Positions 28,402 through 42,366 of a stretch of DNA of 64,000 nt are shown piece by piece. The DNA lies in NCBI RefSeq assembly GCF_009914755.1, contig NC_060931.1; one strand, written 5' to 3'. The translations under genes were made by a program, and so were the position numbers. The notes beneath the pieces were generated by a model. That model did not search any database, was not told where the DNA came from, and worked only from the letters and a program-made list of their open reading frames with translations. Source of the DNA: the human T2T-CHM13v2.0 reference genome, Homo sapiens. Position 1 is the first letter of the stretch, and each line of letters begins with the position of its first letter.

Positions 28402-29101
28402 TTCATCTGTAGCATGTTTACATTGGTGAGGAATGTTTTTGCAAAAGGTAAAGAATACATAACCCCACGTATGTAGTGTGAGCCTTTTATTCATTTTATG
28501 TTGTTAACAAGCTTCTTCTGTGGGTTCTCTTGACTCGCTTTTTTCCTTTGATCTGTATTTTGATATATGCGGTCTTTGGGAGACATATTCAATGTCTCAG
28601 CCTCACATTTAATCAGTGACAACATTTAACCATAAAAACCTAATGAAACAGAAAGGATTTTAATTGTTCATAACCATCTTTTCACTTTCCCTAATTACCT
28701 TGTGGGTTTTTCATACATCTTCTTAAGGTTAAAATAATTCTCAAAAAGAAAAGAAGAAAGAAAGAAAGACTTTTAAATTCCTACGGGCCTTTTCAAGTTG
28801 TTCTTATCAATTCCATGGCAATAAAAAGAAAAAAGGAACGTTTCCCACTGCTATGAAGACCCCACAGTGCTAAGTTGGGCATTGAAGTCTGGTCTGTCTC
28901 CTTTTTAATCAATTTTTACATCTGTGGTTCTTTGTTGTAACTTTTTGTATAGAATTTATCTTTAAATGTTCCTTATGCTAATATTTCCATATATTACTGA
29001 TTACTGTCAGGAAGAAGATAGGAATTATCAGTAAGTTCTTTTCTTTACTATATTTCCTTTATTTCACTTTATCTTTTTTTTCTCCCTTCCTGCACCTACA
29101 T

Positions 29102-29245
29102 GACTGACTCAAGTGCTTGTCATCTTCAAAGCACACTTGGGGCCTGTGTCACAGCTGCCGGGAACTAGGCAGACAATGATCCTTGGAATCTTGCTGTTCT
29201 TTTAAATGTGAAAGGGTCAGGAAAGTCTGCCCTGTTGCCCACTTG
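29102..29245 (+). pseudogene. Exon with Walker A-like motif
   Basis: A long polypyrimidine tract ends in CAT (acceptor AG apparently mutated). Donor TTG|GTAGGT. 144 bp, phase 2-2. Reads TDSSACHLQSTLGACVTAAGN*ADNDPWNLAVLLNVKGSGKSALLPT(W). Confidence 0.7.
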
Positions 29246-29593
29246 GTAGGTATGTCTAAACTTAAGCTTTATTTTTATTTTTAAGGGATATAAAGTAAGC
29301 TGTCTTTTATAGTAAGAAAGATCCTACTGTCCTTCTATCAATAAAGCCTGCACTTCGAATTGTATTTTTATGTGGAGCAATGATTCATCAACATCCCTTT
29401 TCATCATCCACTCTGGGACTAACAGCATGCTGTGAAAGGCACACTTGATGGGGTTGTGCATATGGCCCAGTGTGTGGATGTGAAACAGATTGTTCACAGA
29501 CAGATTTGTTAGAACCTGATTCCTGTTCCACTAACATGCTTTATCAAACATCACCAAATATCCCAAATCTAGTGAATAATTTTCTGTGCATGG

Positions 29594-30140
29594 TGTAGGG
29601 GAAGAAAAAATAATTTTACTTCTACACTTCTAAATTTTCAGCTGGGACTCCTGTAACAGAAAACAGATAAATAAGGGAAAAGTAAACAAGCTTATTAACA
29701 TCTATATCTCATAAACACATGGGAGATACTCAGGGAATGAGTAATTCTCAAAAGGTTAGCCTAAAACTCTGGTTTATATAGCATCTTCAACTGAAACAAA
29801 GAAAAAAGATATGAGGAAGTTCAGTTGTAAGGAGGCGACCAGGAAAAATATGGTAAACAAGAATAAGATTTGTTATGCAGATTTAAGTCCCTGCCTTCCC
29901 TATTGATGAATCTCTTGGGATTTAGTCATCCTTCTTTTCCTGGTACAGAGAGGGAGACACTATTGAAAGGAGATTTTCTTTATAGATGCATTTTTTTTCT
30001 TTTTCTTTTTCTTTTTCTTTTTTTTTACAAAAGGGTATGTTCTACTCTGTGTTTAGAACTTCTCCTGTGTCTGCTGTTTCTCAAAATAATCCTTGTGCTA
30101 AAAAGACATATTTTGGGCTGGCATATTCTGGTCTCCTGCA
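29594..30140 (-). mobile_element. MER34-family ERV1 solo LTR
   Basis: Ends catattttgggctggcatattctggtctcctgca. 4-bp TSD atgg / gtgg. Confidence 0.85.
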
Positions 30141-30449
30141 GTGGTTAGTTCTACTTCTTTGTAGCATTTGAACCCTGACACGTTTTCTCTTGATTTCTAG
30201 GACATAATTTTCTCTTTTCAGTCTCTCTCTTTATGGTTGTATGCCTTTCTTCAGTTGCTCCTTTCTCCTACCAGTTTCTCTGACATGACAATATTATACA
30301 ACACTTGATTCCTCGCCCTCTTTTTATTTTACTCTATAATATTCTCTCTTGGTGATCTTATTCAAACCCAAGGCTTCAACTGCTATAACTACCCAGCTGA
30401 TCTGTCTCCTGCCAAGCCCTCTTTCTAGAGTTGTTCTTTAGGTATACCC

Positions 30450-30945
30450 TATATCAATTAGGAAAGTGTCAGCTGTAACTAACAGAAAATTTGACAAACA
30501 GTAGCTGAAAGAAATAGGGCATATTTTTTCCACACATGTTAACTATTAATTCCAGAGGTAGGCAGCCAGTGGCTTTTGCAGGAGTCCGTCTAGTCATTAA
30601 TATCCCAGAGTTCCAGCTGCCTTTCTGCTCCAGAATTATTACATTGTTTTTGTCAATAATGCTTATTGCTTCCTAGTCACACAATGGCTGTTGCATCTCT
30701 TGGCATTGCATCCGTGATCCAGAAAGAGAGAAAAAGGAGGAAATCTGTCTCTTTTTATTAGGAAACAGAATCTTCACTAGAAATCTCACCAAGCACATAT
30801 TCAGATATGTCTCTGATAAACTGTCTATATGGCCACCTGTAACTTCAATGTGGGCTATAAGATTATTAAGATTTTTCTCCTTTATAATTGAGAAAGGCAA
30901 GGCTGAATGTAGTTATGAATAGCTCATCTACAGTTTGGGTACCCA
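30450..30945 (-). mobile_element. Old MLT1 (J/K-like) MaLR LTR
   Basis: cagctgtaactaacagaaaa...tccagaggtaggcag...gtcacacaatggctg. Confidence 0.65.
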
Positions 30946-31275
30946 ATCCACAGTTTGGGCCCATTTATTTACATACTTTACATCTCCACCTGGATATTCC
31001 GTGGACACTTTAAACTCAGCCTGTTGATGTAAAATATATATCCCCTCTCTTGTAATCCCTATCTCCATGAAATTTATTATTGGTTAAAACGGAAACTCAA
31101 AGTCCTTCTAGACTCTTCCTACCTCCTTACCCAATTATTTACCAGGTCCTATAACATTAGTATCTTAAAGAAAACTTATTTCCTTTGTTAATGTATGCCC
31201 CTGGTCAACAGACAAAATGAACTCCCTATGGCCAACTGAGGTGCTTAAAGTTAAAACAGAACCTGGTAGCCATAG

Positions 31276-31927
31276 TAATATGCCTCCGATGACTGGAGGG
31301 ACACCAGGGTTCTTGATCTCACATGGATGGGATTAACAGTACAGACACATGTGGAGTAGTTTTAAGGAGAGAAAAGTTTAATGGGCAAGAAAGAAAGAAG
31401 GAAGGAAGAAGAAAACAGCTCCCCCGTACAGAGACAGAGGGAGGGGGGATTTGAACAAAGAGAAAACCTGTGTGGTGTGGAAAAGTGGCTGCTTATATTG
31501 GGATGCTCTAGGAGGCGGTGTCTGGTTTCCATAGGGCCCAGGGGACTGGTTTGACCAGGTGTGTCATTCATGAAGCCCACGAAAAAACTCGCCCTCCCAC
31601 CCTAGCCTTTTAATATGCAAGTGCAGGGCACCATGATGTTCTACACACATGGGGATATGCGGGGTTGCCATGTCATGTTGCTAGGCACATGTGGGGGCAA
31701 GGGCAAGAAGAAGATGGCAGGAATCACCATGTTTAGGTGGACCCCGTTTCTAATGGCCAACATTTGCATATCAAAGCTTGCCAGCCAAGCTCTAAGAGCT
31801 GGTGCTTTCCTGCTAGTCAACAAACATTTCTAGAGCTGCTTTAAAAGAAATGAAAACTTCCCAAGGACCCCAAGGACCCCCTTTCCCTCTATCTGCCTAA
31901 AATAATTTCTTAATAACTCCTTTAACA
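31276..31927 (-). mobile_element. LTR9-family solo LTR
   Basis: Reverse complement starts TGTTAAAGGAGTTATTAAGAAATTATTTTAGGCAGATAGAG. Perfect TSD atag / atag. Confidence 0.9.
31762..31776 (-). promoter_or_regulatory. Composite SOX/TCF-octamer motif in LTR9
   Basis: Minus strand reads CTTTGATATGCAAAT, with a perfect ATGCAAAT. Motif only; no activity data. Confidence 0.5.
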
Positions 31928-32520
31928 ATAGCAGAGTGAAGGAGTGGTCTTGTACTTTATATTTTCAGAAAGATGTAAAAGTGTCACAGGACCTCCCTTT
32001 CTGCAGTCAAGCCAAACCAGTTCCTGTTGTCTGTGCAGAGATAGACATCAGCTAGCTATTCTCCCAAGTGGCCACCAGCAGACCATTTGATGCCAGCCAG
32101 TAAAGAAAGACTTGCAATGTCTGACTTAAAGACCATTCCATTGAACCCTGCACCTGATTGCTCCCCGCGTCCTATGCTTTTTGCCTTTTTAAACTTCCGC
32201 TCCCTAAACCTTCCTCAGACATCACTTAGTGTTGCACTGAAAGCTGCATCTCCCCAGTCTCCAAGTTGCCTTTAGAAAATAAAGTTCCCCTTTTGCCTCT
32301 GCAGATCTTACTGGTCTGTTAATACCTTTGCTCAAAGAAGGACAGATCTCGGCCCAGATCTTTATCATTTCTCATTTGGATCACAAAAGTAATTTTCTAA
32401 TTGGTTTACTTGTCTCTTTAAACCACTGCAAGTCATCCTCTACAGTAGTGTTTCTCAAACCTTAATGTGGAGATAAATTGGCTGAGAAACTTGTTAAAGT
32501 GCAGATTTTGATTTAGTAGG

Positions 32521-32816
32521 GTTCTTTTTCTGAGACGGAGTCTCTCTCTGTCACCCAGGCTGGAGTGCAGTGGCTCCATCTTGGCTTGGCTCACTGCAAG
32601 CTCCACCTCCCAGGTTCACACCATTCTCCTGCCTCAGCCTCCTGAGTGGCTGGGACTACAGGCACTTGCCACCACGCCTGGCTAATTTTTTGTATTTTTA
32701 GTAGAGACGGGGTTTCACCGTGTTAGCCAGGATGTTCTCAATCTCCTGACCTCGTGATCTGCCCACCTCGGCCTCCCAAAGTGCTGAGATTACAGGCCTG
32801 AGCCACCGCACCCGGC
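32521..32816 (-). mobile_element. AluY
   Basis: Y diagnostics. TSD tgatttagtagg (32509-32520 / 32817-32828). Confidence 0.92.
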
Positions 32817-32874
32817 TGATTTAGTAGGTCTTTAGAGGGGCTGAGTTTCAGCCTTTCTAAAAAGTTTCAGCATT

Positions 32875-33181
32875 CCTTTATTTTTTAAATTTTTTAGAGA
32901 CAGCGTGTTACTCTGTCACCCAGGATGGAGTGCTGTGGCACAATTATAGCTCATTGTAACCTCGAACTCCTAGGCTCAAGGGATCCTCCTACATCAGCCT
33001 CCTGAGTGGCTGGAACTGCAGTTGTGTACCACCACACCTGGCTAATTAAATATGCATATTTTTGTAGAGATGGGGTCTCTTTATGTTGCCCAGGCTGGTC
33101 TCTAACTCTTGGCCTCAAGCAATCTTTCTAACTTGCCTTCCAAATTGCTGAGATTACAGGCATGAGCTACTGTGCCTGGCC
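32875..33181 (-). mobile_element. AluJ
   Basis: J-type atagctcattgtaacctcgaactcct. TSD aagtttcagcatt. Confidence 0.9.
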
Positions 33182-35280
33182 AAGTTTCAGCATTTCTAAA
33201 AAATTTCAGAAGCTGCTGTCCTGTGGGCCACACTCTGAGAAACAAGGCTCTGCAATGATGTGATGAAATGCAAATTTCATTATATTACACTACTGCCTAA
33301 AACCCTACAGTCAAAATTCCATTTTAACTATGAAGGAATAAGGTTGCAGTACACTGAAACTTTTCATAGGTAAGGATAATCTTTGGAGAAAGAAAGCAAA
33401 ACAAAACAAGTGCTTGAAGGCTCTGGAGCATGACCCAAGGCAGACAGATTTTGAAGGGGATAAAAACTTGGAAAAAGTAAGTGGTAAATAATAAGCCTCC
33501 TGACTTGTGGTTGTAGCCTCATTTCTTGGTGTATGACAATTGACACTTCTGTAGAAAACCTGCTGGCTTTATATCCAGAAGCATCAAGAGACAGAGCCTG
33601 TGGCAACGACAGCTGGAGGAAAGAGAGGAGTTCGTCCCAGAATGGAATGATCCAGAAAATGGAAGCTGAGGTATGTGTGGGAACTTTAACCAAATGCCTG
33701 GCTGACTGAGAACTGCACTTGAAACAACAGACTCAAAGATGTTAAAAATGAAAGGATTGAGATTTGAATTGTCACTTGCTGCAAGGGAAATAGAATTAGA
33801 GTTTGGTGTAATCAAGTTAATTGCCTGCATTTTCTGCCAAAATAAAAATAACATTATTCAGAACAATATAACAAAACTAGACACTCTACACATATATTGT
33901 GCAATATATAGAACCAAATCCTTTTTTTTTTTTTAGCTTGAAATATGAAAAGCTGGGAAAAACGTGAGTCATTTTCAAGGCAAAAAAACATCAGCTGAGA
34001 TCAACTCCTAGCTGTTCCATAGTTTTGATTTTTTTGTTTTAAAGTAGCTGTTATAAGTGGGCACAAATAGTAATTAAAGAAAAAAATCTTTATAGATGAA
34101 AAGAAAGTATCAGGGGATCTGAAAAATACCTGAAATATAAAATAGTGCATAGGTTTAGAAACACAATAAATATGATAGAGTCAGTGGATTTAAAAAAACT
34201 AAAGATGAGAGAGAATATATTTTAAAAAATAGAACAGAATTTCACAGACTTGGAAAAATTTCAACAAATTTAAAATATAGGCAACCACAATGTAGAATAA
34301 AAAGAGAAAAAGAATGAATCCCAAAAAAATATTTAAATAGTGAAATTTCCTAAAGTTCTTAAATGATGTGCATTTACAACACTTTCAAGAAGCTCAGAAA
34401 ACCCCAAACAGGGTAAATTACAGGATAACTTCACATAGGAACATCATAGTCAAACTCTTGTTAACTAAGGATAAAAATGAAATCTTGGAAGTAGCCGAAG
34501 AGAAAAATAACAATGTACACACAGAGGAACAATAGTTAAAATGACTCTGGATTTATCAGAAACCATGGCAATCAAACAATAGTGGAATAACATCTGTGAT
34601 CAACTTATCAATGTATAGTACTTACTCTGGTAAAATATTCTGTAAGAATACATTTTCAGATAAAGGAGAGCGAAGGAAATTATCTGACAGCCAATTGGTA
34701 CTGTAAGAATGCTAAGGAAGTGCTTCTTTCCTTCCTGCTGAGGGAGACTGATTCCAGAAAGAAACTTAGACTTTTAGAATTGACTGAAGACCTTGAGAAA
34801 AAGTGAATATTTCAGTAACATAAAATATAATTTTTTAAAGATTCTGTTTAATAAATCTGACTGTTTAAAACAAAAACCATATAGTAATGTCTTCTGGAGT
34901 TTATAATATAAACAGGTGGATACATATAACAACCCTAACATAGCATATAGGAGAGTAAATTGTTACATGGTTAAACAAGGCTTCTTAATTTTACATGAAC
35001 TGGTCTGGTAGTAACTCTACATAGTATATACAAATTTAAATATGCAAATTTTTGTTTCTAGAACAACCACAAATTAATACAAATAAATGTAGCTTAAAAG
35101 CTAACAAAAAAATTAAAAAGGAATTTTGAAATAATTAAAAGAATTGTAGGCAAAATGGGGATCAATGTAAATAACTTAGCAAGAACAAAGTTAAATAATA
35201 AAATGATAGACCTAAATGCAGTCATATCAACAACTAAAATAAATCTTAATGGACTAAAGCCTTCGATTTAAAGATAGATG

Positions 35281-37130
35281 TTTTTGCCTCCAAGATGGAA
35301 GATTGGAGACTTGAGTGGGCCTCAGCCACTTGGAAATAGCAAAATAGTGCATAAAGATAAACTCTGTGAGCCCTGCTTCAAAAAGGAAAATGGGAATCCA
35401 GCAGCATTGTGAAGGACACCCCAGATGCTGGGGAGGAGAATGTGGGCAAACAGTCCCCATGATGGTGTCCAGCTGATAGAAGTGAGTGAAGCCCCAGTAT
35501 GTAACAGGGGCAAAGACCCTCCCTCTTTGACTCACCTGTACACTGGGGATCTGAGCAACCCAGGGTTAGGGAGAGCACTTTGTTTCTCTCATGCCCTGGC
35601 ACTAACTTGGGAAGAGGCTGGGAGATGCTGAGAGGGAAAGACATTAGAAAAAGCTCCATGCAGTTTCCCAGACCCAAGATTGAGAGAAGGATGGCATTTT
35701 TAATTTGGGTGCATACAAAGTCAATCATTCTTTGGTGACCTGGCACTATGGACATGCAGGCATTTTAGTCTCAGGCAAAAGATTGGAGTGCTTGCTCCAG
35801 GGCAGGGTAGGGCCCTCCACAGCCAGAATTATGGAAAGCACCTCAGTTGTAGGTGCTGTAATTGTTCCTTCCCCCATCACAGGCCTGAAGTGGGAGGAGA
35901 GTTGCTACAGCTGTGATTTCTCCTGAGGCAAAAAGATTTGCAGCCAGAACCAGCTTGGCAATGTGGAACTGGTCTGTGCATATCACAGCTGGGTGCCCTA
36001 TCCTGTTCCCCTGAGATCCTGCAGTGGACCCCTTCCAGTTCACTCAAGGCAGAGCTCCAGGCATTGAGAGCAATTTCTTGGCTGGAACAGCAGCCTGAGC
36101 TTCCCCACCCTTTCTGGGCATAGATTGTGGTGCAGTGGGACCCTCTGCTCCATCCACAAGCAGAAATAAAGGTAACCTATAGAGTGGGAGAAAGTAGTTG
36201 CAAACTGCATATGACAAAGGTCTAATATCCAGAATTTATAGTGAACCTAAGCAAATCAATAAGTGAAAAACAACCTCATTAAAAAGTGGGCAAAATACAT
36301 GAATAGATACTTCTCAAAAGAAGACATACAAGTGGCCGAGAAACATCAAAAAATGTTCAACATCACCAGCCATCACCAGAGAAATGCACATGAAAACCAC
36401 AGTGAGATACCATCCTACACTATTTAGAATGACTATTAAAAAGTAAAAAAACAAAACATACTGGCAAGGCTTCAGAGAAAAGGGAATGCCTAAACACTAT
36501 TGGTAGAAATGTAAATTAGTTCCGCCACTGTGGAAAGCATTTTGACGATTTCTCAAAAAATTTAAAACAGAGCTAAAATTTGACCCAGCAATCCCATGAT
36601 TGCGTATATACCTAAAGGAAAATAAATCATCCTACCAAAAAGACACATGAACTCGTATGTTTTCGCAGTGGTATTTACAACAGCAAAGACATGGAATCAA
36701 CTCAGGTGCCCTAACAGTGGACTGAATAAAGAAAATGTGGTACATACACACTGTGGAATACTACGGAGCCATAAAAAATAAAATCATGTCCTTTGCGCAA
36801 CATGGATATAGCTGCAGGCCATCATCCTAAGCTAATTTAAGCAGGAAGAGAAAACCAAATGCCACATGTTTTCACTTATAAGTGGCAGCTAAACATTAGG
36901 TACTCATGTACATAAAAATAGCAACAAATGGGAACTAGGGACTACTGGAGAAGGGAAAGTAGGAGGCAGACAAGAGTTGAAAAACTACCTATTGGGTATT
37001 ATGCTTAGTACCTGGTTGATGGGGCCAATTTTACCCCATATCTCAGCATCATGCAATGTATCCAGATAACAAACCTTCATATGTACCCTTGAATCTAAAA
37101 TAAAAGTTGAAATTATGTAAAATACAAAAA
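35281..37130 (+). mobile_element. L1PA15/16-type element with the 5'UTR joined directly to the last ~1 kb
   Basis: 5' start ccaagatgg, junction at ~36161-36164, 3' end gaatctaaaataaaagttgaaat. Decayed TSD aaagatagat / aaaaacagat. Confidence 0.75.
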
Positions 37131-37947
37131 CAGATTACAAGAATGGATTTTAAAAGTTGACACTTAACGCTTTTCTAAAGATGCAATTTAAGTAGAAAAT
37201 TCCAGATAGATTGGAAGTAAATGAATGGAGAAAGACATAATCAGCAAGCATAAGAAGGCCACAATGGCTATGTTAATATCAGACAAGTAGACTTCAAGAC
37301 AAAGGATGTTATCAAAGATAAAGAAGAGCATTTTCAAATGATGAAAGGATCAACACAAAAGAAAACAAAGCAATAATAAATTTGTTTGTTCCTAACCTGC
37401 AAGAACGTGTTGAACCTGAAAAAAAAAAAAAAGCAAAAATTGACAGAGAAACAGAAAATTTGACAAGCACAATGGGAGATTTTAACATCAATCTCTTGGT
37501 AAATGATTATACAATAAAAAGAGAATCAATGAAGGTAAAGTTTCTGAACAAGCACCTTAAACTAATTAAAAGTTTTAGAATATGATACTTAAATACCCAG
37601 TTTATACCTGGTTTCAAATGCATATATTACAACAAGTGCCCTATCCTGGCACAAAAAATAGTGTTAAATTATACTTCAAAAGATTGAAATGACACAGAGT
37701 ATATTCTTAGATTAAAATAAAATTGGGAATCGATAGCAAAAAGTTGTTTAAGAAAACTTCAATGATTGGGAAATTTAATAGTATATTTTAAGAATTTATA
37801 TATAGAGAGAGAAAAATACAACTTATCAAAATCTATGTGATAAAGTAAAAGTAGCACTTAGAGGAAAGTTTATAGTTTTAAATGTGTTAATTTGAAATAA
37901 GGAAATGTATCAAATCAGTGACCTGAAAATCCACACTATAAAGGCAG

Positions 37948-38003
37948 AATAAGAAAGAGCAATCCAGTGTAATAAGAAAGAGCAATCCAGTGTAATAAGA
38001 AAG
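37948..38003. repeat. 23-bp perfect tandem duplication (2.4 copies)
   Basis: AATAAGAAAGAGCAATCCAGTGT twice, plus AATAAGAAAG. Confidence 0.95.
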
Positions 38004-41000
38004 CCTGACTTGTAAAAACTGTAGTAAAGCTCAATAAGCTGGACTGATTTACATTCCCACTTATAGTATGTAAGTGTTTTCTTTTCACTACAGCCTCACC
38101 AGCATCTGTTATTTTTTGACTTTTTAATAATAGTCATTCTGACTGGCGTGAGATGGTATCTTATTGTGGTTTTGATTTTTTGATTTGCATTTCTCTAATG
38201 ATGAGTTATGTTGAGCATTTGTATGTTTGTAGGCAATTCGTATGTCTTATTTTGAAAAATGTTCATGTCATTTGCCATTTTTAATGGTGTTGTTTATTTT
38301 TTGCTTGTTGATTTGTTTATGTTCCCTTTAGATTCTGCATAGCATCAAACGCATAGTTTTGCAATATCTTCTTCCATTCTGTAGGTAGTCTGTTTACTCT
38401 GTTGATAGCTTATTTTTAATTTTTAAAAATTATTTAAAAATTTTGGTGGGAACACAAAAGATATATAGCATATATTTATGGGGAACATGAGATGTTTTGA
38501 TACAGGCATGTAATGTGAAATAAGTACATCACGGAGAATGGGGTAACCATCCTCTCAAGCATTTATCCTTTGAGTTACAAACAATCCAATTACATAATTT
38601 ATTTTAAAATATAGAATTAAGTTATTGACTACAGTCACCCTATTGTGCTGTAAAAATTCATTGTTTTTTTTTTTTGGTACACATTAACCATCTCCACCTC
38701 CCCCTGATTTCCCCACTACCCTTCCCAGCCTCCAGTAAACTTTATATACTCTCTATTTCCATGAGTTCAATTGTTTTGATTTTTAGGTTCCAAAAGTAAA
38801 TGAGAGCATGTGATGTTTGTCTTTCTATGCTTGGCTAATTTTACTTAACATAATGATCTCCGGTTACATCTATGTTATTAAAAATGACTGGATCTCATTC
38901 TTTTTTATGGCTGAATAGTATGCCATTGTGTATATGTACCACATTTCCTTCATCCTTTCATCTGCTGATGGACACTTAGGTTGCTTCCAAGTCTTAGCTA
39001 CTGCAAACAGTGCTGCAACAAACATGGGAGTGTAGATATCTCTTAGATATACTGATTTCCTTTTTCTTTTGGGTATATACCCAGCAGTAGGATTGCTAGA
39101 TGATGTGGTAGCTCTACTTTTAGTTTTTTGAGGAAACTCCAAACTGTTCTCCATAGTTTATTATAATACATTTTCATCAACAGTGTACACGGTTTCCCTT
39201 TTCTCCTCATCCCCACCAGCATTGTTATTGCCTGTCTTTTGGATATAAGCCATTTTAACTGGGGTGAGATGCTACCTCATTATAGTTTTGATTTGCATTT
39301 CTCTGATGATCAATGATGTTGAGCACTTTTTCATATGGCTCATTGCCATTTATATGTCTTCTTTGGAGAAATGTCTATTCAAATCTATTGCCCATTTTTT
39401 GATTGGATTATTAAATATTTTTCCTATAGAGTTTGAGCTTCTTATATGTTCTGGCTATTAATCTCTTGTCAGAGGGGTAGTTTGAAAATATTTTCTCCCA
39501 TTATGTGAGTTGTCTCTTTACTTTGTTAATTGCGTCCTTTTCTGTGCAGAAGCTTTTTAACTTAATGTGATTCCATTTGCCCATCTTTGCTTTGGTTGCC
39601 TGTACTTGTTAGGTATTGCTCAACAAATCTTTGCCCAGATCTATGTCCTGGAGATTTCCCTCAATGTTTTCTTGTAGTAGTTGCGTAATTCAAGGTGTTA
39701 GATTTAAATCTTTATTTTGATTTGATTTTTGTACATGGTGAGAGATTGGTATCTAATTTCGTTCTTTTGCATATGGATATCAAATTTTCCCAGCACCATT
39801 TATTGAAGAGACTGTCTTTCCCCAATGTGTGTTTTTAGCACCCTTGTCAAAAATTACTTCACTTTAGGTGTGTGGACTTATTTCTGGGTTCTCTATTCTG
39901 TTCAATTTGTTTGTGTCTGTTTTTATGCCAGTACCATGCTGTTTTGGTTACCATAGCTTTGTAGCAGAAGTTGAAGTCAGATAACGTGATTCCTCTAGTT
40001 ATTTTTATTTTTGCTTAGGACAGCTTTGGCTGTTCTGGGTCTTTGTGGTTCCATATAAATTTTAGGATTGTTTTTTCTATTTCTGTAAAGAATGTCGTTG
40101 GTACTTTGATAGGGATTGCTTTGAATCCCTAGATTGCTTTGGGTAGTATGGATATTTTAATAATACTGATTCTTCCAATCCATGAACGTGGCATATCTTT
40201 CCAATTTTTGCTGTCTGCCTCACTTTCCTTTCTCAGAGTTTTATAGTTTTTATTATAGTGATCTTTCACTTCTTTGGTTAATTCCTAGGTATTTGATTTT
40301 ATCTTTGGCTATTGTAAATCAGATTACTTTTTAAATTTCTGTTTCACATGGTTCACTTTTGTCATATAGAAATGCTATTGAATTTTGTATGTTGCTTTTG
40401 TATCCAACTTTACTGAATTTATAATTTCTAATAGTTTTCTTGTGGGGTCTTTAGGTTTTTCCAAATATAAGATTAAGTCACCAGGAAACAAGGACAGTTT
40501 GACTTTTTCCTTTCCAATTTGGATGCCCTTTATATGTTTCTCTTGTCTGACCCCTCGAGCTAGGACTTTCGTACAATCTTGAATAACAGTGGTGGCAGTG
40601 GGCATCCTTGTTGTGTTGCTGATATAAAAGGAGAGACTTTCAGTTTTTCCTCATTCAGTATGATACTAGCTGTGGGTCTTACCTGTATGCTTTTTATGAT
40701 ATTGAGGTATGTTCCTTCTGTCCCCAGTTTTTGAAGAATTTTTATCATGAAGGGATGTTGAATAATATTAAATGCTTTTTCAGCATTGGTTAAAATGATC
40801 ACATGGTTCTTATCCTTAATTCTTTTGATATGATATATCACACTGATTGATTTGCATATGATGAACCATCCTTTAATCCCAGGGATAAATCCCACTTGGT
40901 CCTGATGAATGATCTTTCTAATGTATTGTTGAATTTGGTTTGCTAGTGTTCTGTTGAGGATTTTTACATCAATACTCATCAGATATATTGGCAGGTAGTT

Positions 41001-41956
41001 TTCTTTTCTTGATGTGTCCTTGTCTGGTTTTGATATCAGGGTAATATTACCCTTATAGGATGAGTTAGGAAGGATTCTCTTCTCTGTTTTTCAAAATAAT
41101 TTGAGTAGGATTGGTATCAGTTCTTCTTTAAGTGTTTGGTAGAATTCAGCAGTGAAGCCATCAGGTCCTGGGCTTTTCTTTACTGGAAGACATTTTATTA
41201 TGGCTTTGATCATGTTACTTGTTATTGGTCTGTTCAGGTTTTGGATTTTTTCCTGGTTCCATCTTGGTAGGCTGTATGTATTTAGAAATTTGTCAATTTC
41301 TTCTAGATTTTCCAATTTATTGCCATATAGTTGCTCATAGTAGCCAGTAATGATACTTCAAATTTCTGCAGTATCAGTTGTAATGTCACTTTTTTCATTT
41401 CTAATTTTATTTATTTGCCTCTTCTCTCTTTTTTCGTAGTCTGGCTAAAGGTTTGTCAATTTCGTTCAACTTTTTAAAAAACCAACTTTGTATTTTGTTG
41501 ATATTTTGTATTTCATTGATATTTTGTAATTTTTTCATTTTATTTGTATTTATTTCTGCTCTGATCTTTATTATTTCTTTTCTTCTATTAGATTTGGGTT
41601 CAGTTTGCCCTTGCTTTTCTAGTTCTTTAAGATGCATCATTAGATTGTTTATTTGAAGTTTTTTTCTCTTTTTTGATGTAGACACTTATAGCTATCACCT
41701 TCCCTCTGGTTACTGCTTTTGCTGTATTCCTTAGGTTTTGGTATGTCGTGTTTCCATTATCAGTTGTTTCGAGAAATTTTTTAATTTCCTTATTAATTTC
41801 TTCATTAACCCACTGGTCATTCTGGAGAATATTGCTTAATTTCCATGTATTTGTATAATTTTCTAAATTCCTCTTATTAATTTCTAGTTTTATTCTACTG
41901 TGGTCGGAGAAGATGCTTGATATTTTAATTTTTTTGAAAGTTTTAAGACTTGTTTT

Positions 41957-42366
<410 letters not shown>

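Larger units (their letters stand above)
31186..32324 (+). mobile_element. ERV1 solo LTR (MER67-like, tentative), split by LTR9
   Basis: TGTTAA...GTTAATA termini, AATAAA at ~32278, perfect 4-bp TSD cctt (31182-31185 / 32325-32328). Confidence 0.7.
32446..33248. mobile_element. MER5A, split by two Alus
   Basis: agtgtttctcaaacc...cttgttaaagtgcagatt...ccacactctgagaa. Confidence 0.75.
29540..33315 (+). mobile_element. L2, multiply interrupted (left part; resumes at ~63065)
   Basis: Collinear L2 pieces at ~29540-29590, 30141-30445, 30960-31170, 32350-32445 and 33250-33315. Confidence 0.65.

Noticed and set aside
36150-36180. Spliced L1 (SpIRE) interpretation of the mini-L1 junction
   Set aside because: No GT donor is inferable at the 5'UTR breakpoint, and microhomology explains the join.
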